DNA of 64,000 nt from Octopus sinensis (GCF_006345805.1 NC_042998.1:131874001-131938000), one strand, 5' to 3'. Shown: positions 26,064-37,889, counted from the stretch's first letter. Translations and numbers: made by a program. Notes: generated by a model not told the origin, from the sequence alone.

Positions 26064-26450
26064 CAGGCGTAGGAGTGGATGTGTGGTAAGTAGCATGCTT
26101 ACCAACCACACGGTTCCGGGTTCATTCCCACTGCGTGGCACCTTGGTTAAGTGCCTTCTACTATAGCCTCGGCCCGACCAAATCCTTGTGAGTGGATTTG
26201 GTAGACGGAAACTGAAATGTGTATATATATATGTGTGTATATGTTTGTGTGTCTGTATTTGTCCCCCCCTCCAACATCACCTGACAACCGATGGTGGTGT
26301 GTTTACGTCCCCGTAACTTAGCGGTTCGGCAAAAGAGACCGATAGAATAAGTACTAGGCTTCCAAAGAATAAGTCATGGGGTCGATTTGCTCGACTAAAG
26401 GTGGTGCTCCAGCATGGCCACAGTCAAATTACTGAAACAATTAAAAGAGT
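26063..26450 (+). mobile_element. SINE family B, full length
   Basis: Matches the 8135 and 16543 copies; its head start is duplicated at ~25985-26010. Confidence 0.9.
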
Positions 26451-26464
26451 AAGAATATATATAT

Positions 26465-26660
26465 ATATAGTTAATCCAAACATGAAAGCACAAAAAAAAA
26501 CAACAATGCGAGGACGTGGAACAAATATAGTATTATTGGACGCTCAGGAAAGAAGGAAAGGAGGGTTTAACGTTTCGATCTGAGCTCTTCGTCGGAAACA
26601 TAGGAGAAGGAAAGATCCAGAGAAGGAAGACAGAGGAAAAACATCGCCAACGGTACACAT
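26465..26660 (-). mobile_element. Penelope-like pseudo-LTR relic with decayed hammerhead
   Basis: Minus strand GTTT-CCGACGA-A-GAGC-TCA-GATC-GAAA-CG-TT-AAAC at 26599-26562. Confidence 0.55.
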
Positions 26661-26814
26661 GGCAGTCTATGAGGATTAATTAATAGTTTTTGAATGTAAA
26701 GGTGATTTTTCTAAACAACTTACTTTTTTTTTTAAATGTTATGAAAACGAGAGTATTTCCATTTTTGGGAAGAAGTGTTTTTCTAGTGTGTGAGCGCTTC
26801 CGTTTAACCTTTTC

Positions 26815-26872
<58 letters not shown>

Positions 26873-27357
26873 TGTGTACATATAATTCGGTCAGGTTATT
26901 CATTACCTCCAAAGGCAAGACGTAAACAATAAACAAAAGGTAAGTTAGCGTGGGCGAAGAAAAAGAGAGTGAGAGAGTAAATTCATTACCACCTGTGTGC
27001 AACGCTCAAATTTCAATTTTCAAATTATACAATTACGCTGGAATGAAATGTCACACATGTGTTTGACACAATCGACAGATTAGTTTCCAATTAGACGTCT
27101 TAGGGTTACAAGGCTCGCTTTAGGGCTTTAAAAATGATAAGTTCACCTGATTGCATAGGTGAAAGATTAAAGGCAGATCAATAGCTGATAATTTAAATAG
27201 TTAAATCGTATAATGTCGAAGGTGTAATGCTAGACAGAAAGTTTCTGTTTATGTATGCACACGCTCGTAGGTCTGTATTTAGTACCTGTAGCTTTGTGCT
27301 GATTAAGTATTCATCTACCTCTTCATCTACCTATCTATCTATCTATCTATCTATCTA

Positions 27358-27404
<47 letters not shown>

Positions 27405-28084
27405 GTACCTACCTACCTACCTACCTACCTACCTACCTATATATCTATCTATCTATTTATCTATCTATCTACCTACCTACCTACCTATCTATCTATCTAT
27501 CTGTCTGTATGTATGTTTGTATGTCTGTCTATTTGTCTATTTATCTATCTATCTAGGTGAATAGGAAATAGCTACCAATGCAGTTATACATCAATAAAAA
27601 GTATGTGTGGTAGCGAGGTGATCTGCGAGGGAGGGAGGAGGAGGAGAGTGAGAGAGCTTGGAGAGAGAGAGAAGGTGTGAGACATGCAAGAGAGAGAAGG
27701 AGAGAGACCTGCGAGTGAGGGGGATACCTGCGTGAGAGAGACATGCGAGCGAGAGAGAGAATGCCTGCGAGAGAGAAAGAGGGACCAACAAGAGAGAGAA
27801 AGAGAGAGGAGAAACTCTGTGTGTGTATGCACGCGCGTGTGTGTGTGTTTGTGTGTGTGTACTTTTTTCAGTTGAACGTTACAAATGTTTAATTTGGGTT
27901 AAGAGTGAAACAGTACATTTGCAGCAAAATGATTGAAAAAACAAGCTTATTTCTCTCGTATTGAATTCTTTAATTTGTTAAATATTATATTTGGTCAACT
28001 GAAGTAGCTCAATCTGATAAGGAGACACACACGTGCGCATACGCGTATGTGTGCATACACACACACACACACACACACACAAGT

Positions 28085-28615
28085 ATATTCTTTTCTGCTC
28101 TAGGCACAAGGCCCGAAATTTTGGGGGAGAGAGCAGTCGATTAGATCTACCCCAGTACGCAACTGGTACTTAATTTATCGATCCCGAAAGTATGAAAGGC
28201 AAAGTCGACCTCGGCAGAATTTGAACTCAGACCGTAAAGACGTCTCTGCCAGCTCGTCGCCTTAAATACTTTTATTCTTTTACTTGTTTCAGTCATTTGA
28301 CTGCGGCCAGGGCTTACTCTTTGTAAGCCTAGTGCTTATTCTATCAGCCTCTTTTGCCGAACCACTAAGTTACGGGGACGTAAACACACCAACATCGGTT
28401 TTCAGGCGATGGTGGGGGAACAAACTTAGACATACAAATATGTATGCATACGACGGGTTTCTTTCAGCTTCCGTCTACCAAATCTACTCACATGGCTTTG
28501 ATCAGCCCGAGGCTTTCATAGAAGCCATTTGCCCAAGGTGCCACGCAGTAGGACAGAACTCGGAGCCATGTGGTTGGGAAGCAAGCTACTTACCAGACAG
28601 CCACTCCGGTGCATA
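28085..28615 (-). mobile_element. Adjacent SINE family A (28085-28262) and family B (28268-28615)
   Basis: Reverse complements of both consensus sequences. Confidence 0.88.
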
Positions 28616-28998
28616 CACACACATAATTGTATATTAAGATAAAATGATTCGTTACAAATGGACATATGTTTCTCTCGCTATGCACTTTGGAAACATTTGA
28701 AAAGACCAAAGAGAAACAAACGTATGACCGTCTATAACGAATTGTTTTAATTTAATTCAATGCAAACATTGCTTTCAACTTCTATCTGCGATCTGGATTT
28801 CAACTGAAAGTTAATTAGTAGCATACACACACACACATACATAATACTTACATATACTTACATATAAATTTCAAATAATAAGAGTGAAAAATTGAATATT
28901 AATTTGATTAATATCATTTTATAACCAGTGGTCCAGCATATAGAAGAATCTGAAGATTCAGAAAAATTATATTACATACATATATATTACATACATAA

Positions 28999-29103
28999 TG
29001 GACATCCATTATGCTAAATGTCGACCCCCTATGGTCTTACCATAGGGATAAGACCATATGGGTAAGACCATAGGGGGTCGACTTTTAGCATAATGGATGT
29101 CCA
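28999..29103. repeat. Inverted repeat: 43-bp arms with one mismatch and a 19-bp spacer
   Basis: TGGACATCCATTATGCTAAATGTCGACCCCCTATGGTCTTACC ... GGTAAGACCATAGGGGGTCGACTTTTAGCATAATGGATGTCCA. Confidence 0.95.
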
Positions 29104-29449
29104 CATAGTGGTCACCCCTCTATATGTATGTAATATACTTACATATATATATACATACATGCATTAGTGCGCGCGCGCGTGCTGTGTGTACTTTTATTTC
29201 ATATTAGTGCTGTGAATTCAATGCAACTTGATCTCTAGGTTTCCTGCTGTCACTTTCTGGTCAGAGAAAATCTGTTAATTCCTCAAACCAAACTATTTTA
29301 AGCAGAAATTAAGTAATGAGTAATCTTTCTTGGATGTGAAAGAAATATCTGAAGAGCGAATGATGTCAACCATTTATGTCGACTAATAATTATGTGAACG
29401 ATTTATGAACATTAACACAAAACAATGATGTGTGAGATGGTCGTTATGT

Positions 29450-30720
29450 TTGAGTATAAACTTTTACGTTCTGAGTTTAAATTCCGCTGAGGTCAACTTT
29501 GCATTTCATCCTTCGAGGGATGAGCAATGGGGTGGAAGTAATCGACTTACTCCCTTCCCCAGAATTGCTCAATATTGAATATAAACTTTTACGTTCTGAG
29601 TTTAAATTCCGCTGAGGTCAACTTTGCATTTCATCCTTCGAGGGATGAGCAATGGGGTGGAAGTAATCGATTACTCCCTTCCCCAGAATTGCTCAATATT
29701 TGAATATAAACTTTTACGTTCTGAGTTAAATTCCGCTGAGGTCAACTTTGCATTTCATCCTTCGAGGGATGAGCAATGGGGTGGAAGTAATCGACTTACT
29801 CCTTCCCCAGAATTGCTCAATATTTGAATATAAACTTTTACGTTCTGAGTTTAAATTCCGCTGAGGTCAACTTTGCATTTCATCCTTCGAGGGATGAGCA
29901 ATGGGGTGGAAGTAATCGACTTACTCCCTTCCCCAGAATTGCTCAATATTTGAATATAAACTTTTACGTTCTGAGTTTAATTCCGCTGAGGTCAACTTTG
30001 CATTTCATCCTTCGAGGGATGAGCAATGGGGTGGAAGTAATCGACTACTCCTTCCCCAGAATTGCTCAATATTTGAATATAAACTTTTACGTTCTGAGTT
30101 AAATTCCGCTGAGGTCAACTTTGCATTTCATCCTTCGAGGGATGAGCAATGGGGTGGAAGTAATCGACTTACTCCCTTCCCCAGAATTGCTCAATATTTG
30201 AATATAACTTTTACGTTCTGAGTTTAAATTCCGCTGAGGTCAACTTTGCATTTCATCCTTCGAGGGATGAGCAATGGGGTGGAAGTAATCGACTTACTCC
30301 CTTCCCCAGAATTGCTCAATATTTGAATATAAACTTTTACGTTCTGAGTTTAAATTCCGCTGAGGTCAACTTTGCATTTCATCCTTCGAGGGATGAGCAA
30401 TGGGGTGGAAGTAATCGACTTACTCCCTTCCCCAGAATTGCTCAATATTTGAATATAAACTTTTACGTTCTGAGTTTAAATTCCGCTGAGGTCAACTTTG
30501 CATTTCATCCTTCGAGGGATGAGCAATGGGGTGGAAGTAATCGACTTACTCCCTTCCCCAGAATTGCTCAATATTTGAATATAAACTTTTACGTTCTGAG
30601 TTTAAATTCCGCTGAGGTCAACTTTGCATTTCATCCTTCGAGGGATGAGCAATGGGGTGGAAGTAATCGACTTACTCCCTTCCCCAGAATTGCTGGCCTT
30701 ATGCCAAAATTTGAAATCAA
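29450..30720 (+). repeat. Tandem array of ten ~126-bp units derived from SINE family A
   Basis: Unit GAATATAAACTTTTACGTTCTGAGTTTAAATTCCGCTGAGGTCAACTTTGCATTTCATCCTTCGAGGGATGAGCAATGGGGTGGAAGTAATCGACTTACTCCCTTCCCCAGAATTGCTCAATATTT starts at about 29452, 29577, 29702, 29826, 29952, 30075, 30200, 30325, 30451 and 30577. Confidence 0.95.
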
Positions 30721-31457
30721 TATTTGAGTATAAACTTTTACGTTTTGAGTTCAAATCCTGTTGAGGTCACCTTTGCCTTTCCTCCTTTCGTGGCCGATAA
30801 CATGACTAACAAGCTTACACTGGGGTCGATGTGATCGACTTAACCTCCCCTTCAAAATTTCTGGCCTTGTATCAAAATCTGAACCCAATTTTGGGGCATA
30901 TATTGGTGAATAACAAAAGTGAGAACCTGTTTATTTTGCTTTTTTCATTACACTGCAAACGGTCGAATTGGTTGCTATTTCTGATTGATCGAGTGACTAC
31001 TTAGAGGCGCCCTCGTTATCCACCCGTAGTTGTTGTTGTTGTTGTCTTCGTTGTTGCTGTTGTGTCGTTGTTGTTTAGCCCAAGGTCAGAAGTGGTAGAA
31101 GAGAGCCATGATCAAAGTGCAACGTCCAATATTGTGTTTTAATGTTAAACATTAAAACGGGTGGTTTCAAAACATTTTGTGTTGTTATATATTTTTTATT
31201 TTTTACTTGCTTCAGTCACTTGATTGCTGCCATGCTGGAGCACTGCCGTGAAGAGTTTGATCCATCAAATCGACCCCAGTACTTATTTTAAGTGTGTTAC
31301 TTATTCTCCCGATATCTTTTGCTGAACTGGTAAGTTACGAGGACGTAAACAAAACAATACCGGTTGTCAAGCAGTGGTAGGAGACAGACACATACACACG
31401 CTCACATACACACATAATATATAATATATATGCATAATAGCTAGCTAGCTAGCTAGC

Positions 31458-31521
<64 letters not shown>

Positions 31522-31716
31522 CAGACAGACATATAACAGGTTTCTATATAGTTTCTGGCCGTCAAATTCGTTCACAAAGCCTTGGTCGGCGTGAGATTGT
31601 AGTAAAAAACTCACTTGCCCTAAGCAGTGCACTGTGGGACTGAACCTGAAGCCACGTGGTTGCAAAGTGAGCTTGTTATCCACACAAAGAATTTCTTAGT
31701 TCCCTTTCATACTTAC

Positions 31717-31802
31717 CCGAGTATAATATTGCACATTTTTATTATATAATGCATCCCTTATACTATAAAGCTCTGCCATTACATCAAAACCACAGAGACA
31801 GC
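31717..31802 (-). CDS. Putative internal exon (86 nt, phase 1 to 0) of the minus-strand gene
   Basis: TTTCTATTTATATGTTAG|GC...ACTCGG|GTAAGT; encodes CLCGFDVMAELYSIRDALYNKNVQYYTR. Confidence 0.62.
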
Positions 31803-32325
31803 CTAACATATAAATAGAAACATATTTGGAATTGTCTCCCTTACTTCCTGAAATGATTAAACCCTTCTTTATCATAAGTAGGTTGTTTCTTTTTTTTTTT
31901 TTTTCATTTGTTTTAAAAATCCTTTGTTGTTATTGAATTCATCCACCCCGACCTTTTTCCTTTCTTTCTTTTTTTCTTCTTTTTTTTATTCTCTCATTCA
32001 GCGGTGGGGACTCATTCAATTTAGGAAAAGGATCAAACAGTTAATATCGATATATTGAAATAAGCTTGCGTTGTTGTAGACACAGTGTCTATGCCGAATG
32101 ATATCAAGTAAATATTGGTGCCGACTACAATCACGAACGGCACCAATATATTACTACTTCAATGCTACAACTTATTACACTGTATATACTGCAACACTAC
32201 ACTACACAGACTAAACCTATCTTAGTGAACTACACTAAATTTTATTACATTAAACAATAGACAAATAAGCAAATGTAGATTGTTGCCCCGTCACAAATGC
32301 CTCAACATGTTTTATATTATCTTAC

Positions 32326-32375
32326 TCTTTCTATTAAACTGTTTATAATATCTAAATGGTTCTAAGTTGTAAGTA
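32326..32375 (-). CDS. Possible exon (50 nt, phase 2 to 1)
   Basis: GTACTTTCACAG|T...AGAAAGA|GTAAGA; encodes TYNLEPFRYYKQFNRK; phase-compatible with 31802. Confidence 0.3.
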
Positions 32376-32654
32376 CTGTGAAAGTACTGAGTTTTTTTTA
32401 CTATTATCATTATTTTAATTTTTAGTTTGTCGGAATTGGAATTGAAACCAGATTAAATGCATATAATTTAGTTCCATCTCATTTCATTCCGGGTTCAAAT
32501 ATATGGAAAAAAAGATGAAAGCCACGTTTTCAACACTGGCTTGCATTCATCTCGGTGGAGTTGATATTAACAGATACCAGTAATATGGTCGGCTCAGATC
32601 AAAAGACTCTATCCCTTCCCTGCAAACATACGGGCTGTTACCAAAACTATAACT

Positions 32655-32711
<57 letters not shown>

Positions 32712-33529
32712 CAGCAGTGATGATTATAGTAATAACAGCAGTAGTGGTAGCAACAGTATTAGTGGTAATAGTATCAGCAGCAGTAGTAATTGCAGTACCA
32801 GTAGCAGCAGCAGCAGCAACAGTAGTATTAGTAGTGGCTGTAGCAGTAGCAGCAGCAGTGGTAATAGTAGCAGCAGCAACAGTAGTAGTTTTTGCTGTTG
32901 TTACTGTTGTTGTTGTTGTTAAGTAACAAGACGGGTAATGGTGATGGTCTAGGGCTTAGGAGCGGGAGACCCCAGACCTTGGAAAAAAAAAACTGGGAGG
33001 TGGCCCTCTAAGTCGCTGGAAATGGAGATCTACAGGTCCAAATTCTTGAACGGCTGCTGTTGTTGCTGCTTCACTTGCTGCTATTGTTATTGTTGTTGTT
33101 GTTGCCGTTGTTCCTCCTTTTTTTTTTTTAGTTCAGTCATTGAAAGGAGGATTGTGTGCCATGGTCATGTTTTACAGTCCCCGGTTTCAACCCCGAGCGA
33201 GGAAAAAGAGAGGAGGAAACCCTGATTCATTATTAAACTCATACTAACATAGTTCCGAATATCTACAACAGAAAGACTGGCCTCTACGGCCTGCACCCCT
33301 CCCTCACCTCCTGCATTAAAGAATCGTGTGGCTGAAGAGCGGAATGGCTTCAACACGTGTTGTAAGAAAATGAATTCGGTTTCTATAAATTGTACACTCG
33401 GGAGAATGTATTGAGTACTTTTATACTCTCTTCTTGAAAGCAAGAACAAATATGCAAGTGTGTGTCTACACATACACACACATACACACACATACACACA
33501 TACGCACGCACACACACACGCGCACACAC

Positions 33530-33590
<61 letters not shown>

Positions 33591-33595
<5 letters not shown>

Positions 33596-34257
33596 GAAAT
33601 ATTAAAATTACTAAGTCTCTAAAAGAGAACAACGGCAGCGTTTCCGGAAAATAATAGTTATCGCCATACTAATATGGCATCTTATAAAAAAGGAATAAAG
33701 CTGTCCGCTTATTAGCTCCATGAGGCCATCGCCTTAAGTTATATTTGATCACAAAACTGTATCCATTAACCTTCGACAAGGGAGGTCAGTCGCCTCCACA
33801 CTACTTGACCGGCAGCTGCAGACGCGTTTCGGGGTATTGGCCCCTTTTCAATGCAGCGTAGCCAGACCAGTAGGTGTCGCTTCTGACAATCTCTGTTCGA
33901 AGGTTTTATTTACCTAGCTTCGGTGGAATACATCCACTTGTTTTCAATAATAGAAATATTAAAATTACTAAGTCTCTCTAAAAGAGAACAACGGCAGCGT
34001 TCCCGGAAAATAATAGTTATCGCCATACTAATATGGCATTCTATAACAAAATAAGAATAAAGCTGTCCGCTTATTAGCTCCATGAGGCATCGCCCTTAAG
34101 TTAGCTATTTGATACACAAACTGTATCCATATAACCTTCGAAGGTTATATGGATACAGTTTGTGTATCAAATAGCTAACTTAAGGCGATGGCCTCATGGA
34201 GCTAATAAGCGGACAGCTTTATTTTATTTTCATAAGAATGCCATATTAGTATGGCGA

Positions 34258-34263
<6 letters not shown>
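33591..34263 (-). mobile_element. Penelope pseudo-LTR or retrozyme-like element: partial tandem of a 357-bp unit plus an inverted terminal segment, flanked by (TA)n
   Basis: 33591-33776 is repeated at 33948-34140; 34014-34263 is a palindrome centred on CCTTCGAAGG; a hammerhead lies inside the unit. Confidence 0.75.
33815..33857 (-). ncRNA. Minimal type I hammerhead ribozyme with U3-A8 compensatory core variant
   Basis: GCTGCA-TTGAAAA-GGGG-CCAATA-CCCC-GAAA-CGCG-TC-TGCAGC. Confidence 0.82.
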
Positions 34264-34340
<77 letters not shown>

Positions 34341-34350
34341 TATATATATA

Positions 34351-34598
34351 TGGGTTGGTGCATAATTATTGCGGCTTTTTTTCAACAAATTTTATTCAAC
34401 AAAAACAATAACAACGTGTAACAAAAACATCTTCAAATGATTAATCCGGAGCATATTCACCATCTACTTCAATTACTGCTTCCCATTTGCTTGGCAGACG
34501 GTCATTTAAAGATGTTTTTGTTAAATATTGTTATTGTTTCGGTTGAATAAAATTTGTTGAAAAAAAAACAAAGCCGCAATAATTATGCACCAACCCAA
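34351..34598 (-). mobile_element. mariner-derived MITE with ~88-bp inverted arms, inserted in (TA)n
   Basis: TIRs TGGGTTGGTGCATAATTATTGCGGC / GCCGCAATAATTATGCACCAACCCA; TA flanks; the core retains the transposase C-terminus (DRLPSKWEAVIEVDGEYAPD*). Confidence 0.88.
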
Positions 34599-34608
34599 TA
34601 TATATATA

Positions 34609-34900
34609 TCTAATATATAAATCCTGTTCTGTCTGTTTGTGCGCTTATGCGCTTATGACTCGAATATTGTTCATCCGATTGCGCTGAAATTTTAAACATG
34701 GATACATAAAAAAGGCGGGGCGTTCTGTAACCTAAAAAGATTTTCAAAATTGTCAGTTTCAAAGTGAGAATCGCTATTTTTTGAAATCTTTTTGTCCTGT
34801 TTTTTTCCGCCATCCTGTTCATTAAAAGCAACGAGTTGCTCAGACAGCCGGCACATACCATTTCGCTGGCAACAAGGATGTCAGTCAGCCAAAACCGTCG
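34609..34900 (+). mobile_element. Probable non-autonomous Helitron/Helentron-like (DINE-type) 5' end
   Basis: A^TCTAATATATAAATCCTG-TTCTGTCTGTTTG..CCGATTGCGCTGAAATTTT motif pattern; no 3' CTRR end identified. Confidence 0.45.
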
Positions 34901-35138
34901 CTATGCTGCCTGTCTTCTTACCTCTCTCTGTCTCTTTCTCTGTCCTCCTCCCTCTATACGTAGAGAGCTCAATACGATTATCTAACTTAAAGCAACAGTC
35001 ACCAAATGCAAAAAGCCTAAAAGCTACATATATACATACATAAGACAGTAAGGTGTGATTTAAGGGAGATCTGCCTGTTGTTTCTACCAGGTCTGGCTAC
35101 CATTTAGAGGTCTCTTTCATGCATGTATTTATGTACAT

Positions 35139-35238
35139 NNNNNNNNNNNNNNNNNNNNNNNNNNNNNNNNNNNNNNNNNNNNNNNNNNNNNNNNNNNNNN
35201 NNNNNNNNNNNNNNNNNNNNNNNNNNNNNNNNNNNNNN
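35139..35238. other. Assembly gap (100 N)
   Basis: Run of exactly 100 N, a fixed-size scaffolding gap. Confidence 0.99.
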
Positions 35239-35557
35239 TTATTTCTTCAAACAAGATTTCTGATAAATACATAAATAAAAAGTAAATATATGCACATATA
35301 TAGGCATTCTTATCAACAACATACATACTGACATACATAAATGCTTCCACTTTTATACGTATATGTGCACGCATCCGCGCGCGCGCGTGTGTGTTAGTGC
35401 GAATGAATGGAGATGCCTGTGGTGGTATGTGAGAGTGATTAGTACAAATGTACTGAGACCTAGATGTGTTTGCAGACATTGTTGGGGGTAAGCTTTTTAT
35501 GAAGTAGCTACGACTTTTGAGAGTGTGTGTGTATGTGTGTATGAGTGTGTGTGTGTA

Positions 35558-35629
<72 letters not shown>

Positions 35630-35994
35630 TGCGTGGGTATGCATGACAATGCGCTTGCGTGTACACGCGAAATATAGACCACACAAAGTTGCTACAGCAA
35701 ACCCTGGAGTATTTTAACAATACTCTGCTTCTGGAATATTCTAGCGGGCATAACAAACTGCAGGAATCCTATATATCGGATCAGAAACACCAGCGGATTT
35801 GGTTTTACACCACTAGTTTCGATTCATAGTGTTAGTTACATCATTTTGAGTATTACCATCTGCACACTATAGACAGGAGAGGAAACCAAATCAATTGAAA
35901 GAGCGCTATATGAAAAATGCTCTCTCAGCACCAACTTGGGAAAGGAGAAAGGAATATACTCAGTAATATATACAGCACCTCCAACTAAATATTG

Positions 35995-37300
35995 ACTTTA
36001 AATTTTAGCACAAGACCAGCAACGTCGGTGGAGAAGTTAAATCGATTACATCGACCCCAGTGTTCTACTGGTACTTATTTTATCGACCCAGAAAGAATGA
36101 AAGGCAAAGTCGACCTCAGCGGAATTTGAACTCAAATATAAAAGATGGGCGCAATGCTCCAAAGCATTTTGTCCGGTGCGCTAGCGATTTTGCCAGCTCG
36201 CCGCTTTTTCTCTTCTACTCTAGGCACAGGGCCCGAAATTTTCGGGGTGGGGCCAGTCGATTAGATCGACCCCAGTACGCAACTGGTACTTAATTCATGG
36301 ACCCCCGAAAGGATGAAAAGCAAAGTCGACCTCGGCGGAATTTGAACTCAGAACGTAAAGACGAAATACCGCTAAGCATTACCTTACTTCCAACTAAATA
36401 TTGACTTCAAATTTCGGTACAAGGCCAGCAATTTCGAGTAAGAAGTAAGTTGATTATATCGACCCAGGGTTCAACTGCTTCTTTTTTTTTTTATCATTGT
36501 TCAATAACCATTTGGCTGTTTTCTTGATAATTGGATCAAATTAGCAAGAGAACTCAAAACTAACCAACCTCCATAGACAGTACTGTAACTACACGTCATC
36601 AATACTACACTAGCAACAACCACGACAATAATATCGACGAAAACAACAATATGGCTTGAACAATATGGCACAAGGCCATATTGTTGAAGGCGGCAAGCTG
36701 GCAGAAACGTTAACACGCCGGACGAAATGCTTAGCGGTATTTCGTCTGCTGCTACGTTCTGAGTTCAAATTCCGCCGAGGTCGACTTTGCCTTTCATCCT
36801 TTCGGGGTCGATTAAATAAGTACCAGTTACGCACTGGGGTCGATGTAATCGACTTAATCTGTTTGTCTGTCCTTGTTCGTCCCCTCTATGTTTAGCCCCT
36901 TGTGGGTAGTAAAGAAATAGGTATTTCGTCTGCCGTTACGTTCTGAGTTCAAATTCCGCCGAGGTCGACTTTGCCTTTCATCCTTTCGGGGTCGATTAAA
37001 TAAGTACCAGTTAATCACTGGGGTCGATGTAATCGTCTTAAACCCCTTGTCTGTCCTTGTTTGTCCCCTCTATGTTTAGTCTCTTGTGGGCAATAAAGAA
37101 ACAAATATGGCACAAGGCCAGCAGTTTGGGGGAAATGGATAAGTCGATTACATCGAACCCAGTACTCAATTGGTAATTATTCTATCGACACCGAAAGGAT
37201 GAAAGGCAAAGTCTACCTCGGTGGAGTTTGAACTCAGAACATACAGACGGACAAAATGCCGTTAAGCATTTTGCCTGGTGTGCTAACGACTCCGCCACAT
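35995..37300. mobile_element. Cluster of about seven SINE family A copies in both orientations, including a plus-strand tandem dimer at 36688-37100
   Basis: Repeated B-box and GCCTTTCATCCTTTCGGGGTCGAT domain. Confidence 0.9.
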
Positions 37301-37627
37301 CGCTGCTTTCTTGCAACTAAATACTGACGCGGCCTTTCAGTAAGAGAAGCTGCACACCATGTATGTAAAATGTACAGCCACCATAAGTCTTACAAGAGGA
37401 GAAGAAGGTTATTTGTCGGATAAAGGCAAATGTGTGGTGTGTGTGTGGTGTGTGTACGTATATTTGTGTGTGTGCGTGCGTGAGCGCCAGAGGAAGCGAG
37501 AGAGTCAAAAGATATACTGAGGTTAACAGAGAAACAAAGATCTCGAGAGCTTCTCAATATAACCAAACTGTTACAAAATATGAAGATACACACGAACTCA
37601 CACATGCATAATCGCATACATGCATAA

Positions 37628-37658
<31 letters not shown>

Positions 37659-37822
37659 CGCATACAAACACTTGCACGCGCGCGCATAAACACTCGCACA
37701 CTCGCACATGCGCAGAGAGAGAGAGAGAGAGGAAGAGAGGAAGAGCGAAATAGATAGGTAATCTTACGCATGGAATATTCATGTGTAAATATATATCTAT
37801 ATTCTATCTCTCCCCATTTACA

Positions 37823-37889
<67 letters not shown>

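Noticed and set aside
26896-26940. 45-nt plus-strand exon candidate (VIHYLQRQDVNNKQK) with a strong GTAAGT donor
   Set aside because: The acceptor lacks a polypyrimidine tract and there are no partner exons.
29450-30720. CRISPR-like regular array
   Set aside because: Contiguous identical units with no unique spacers, in a eukaryotic context.
30323-30727. ORF with a 42-aa tandem repeat
   Set aside because: Consequence of the 126-bp SINE-derived satellite; neighbouring units have indels.
32112-32149. 12-bp perfect hairpin ATATTGGTGCCG/CGGCACCAATAT
   Set aside because: Too short for a pre-miRNA and no other support.
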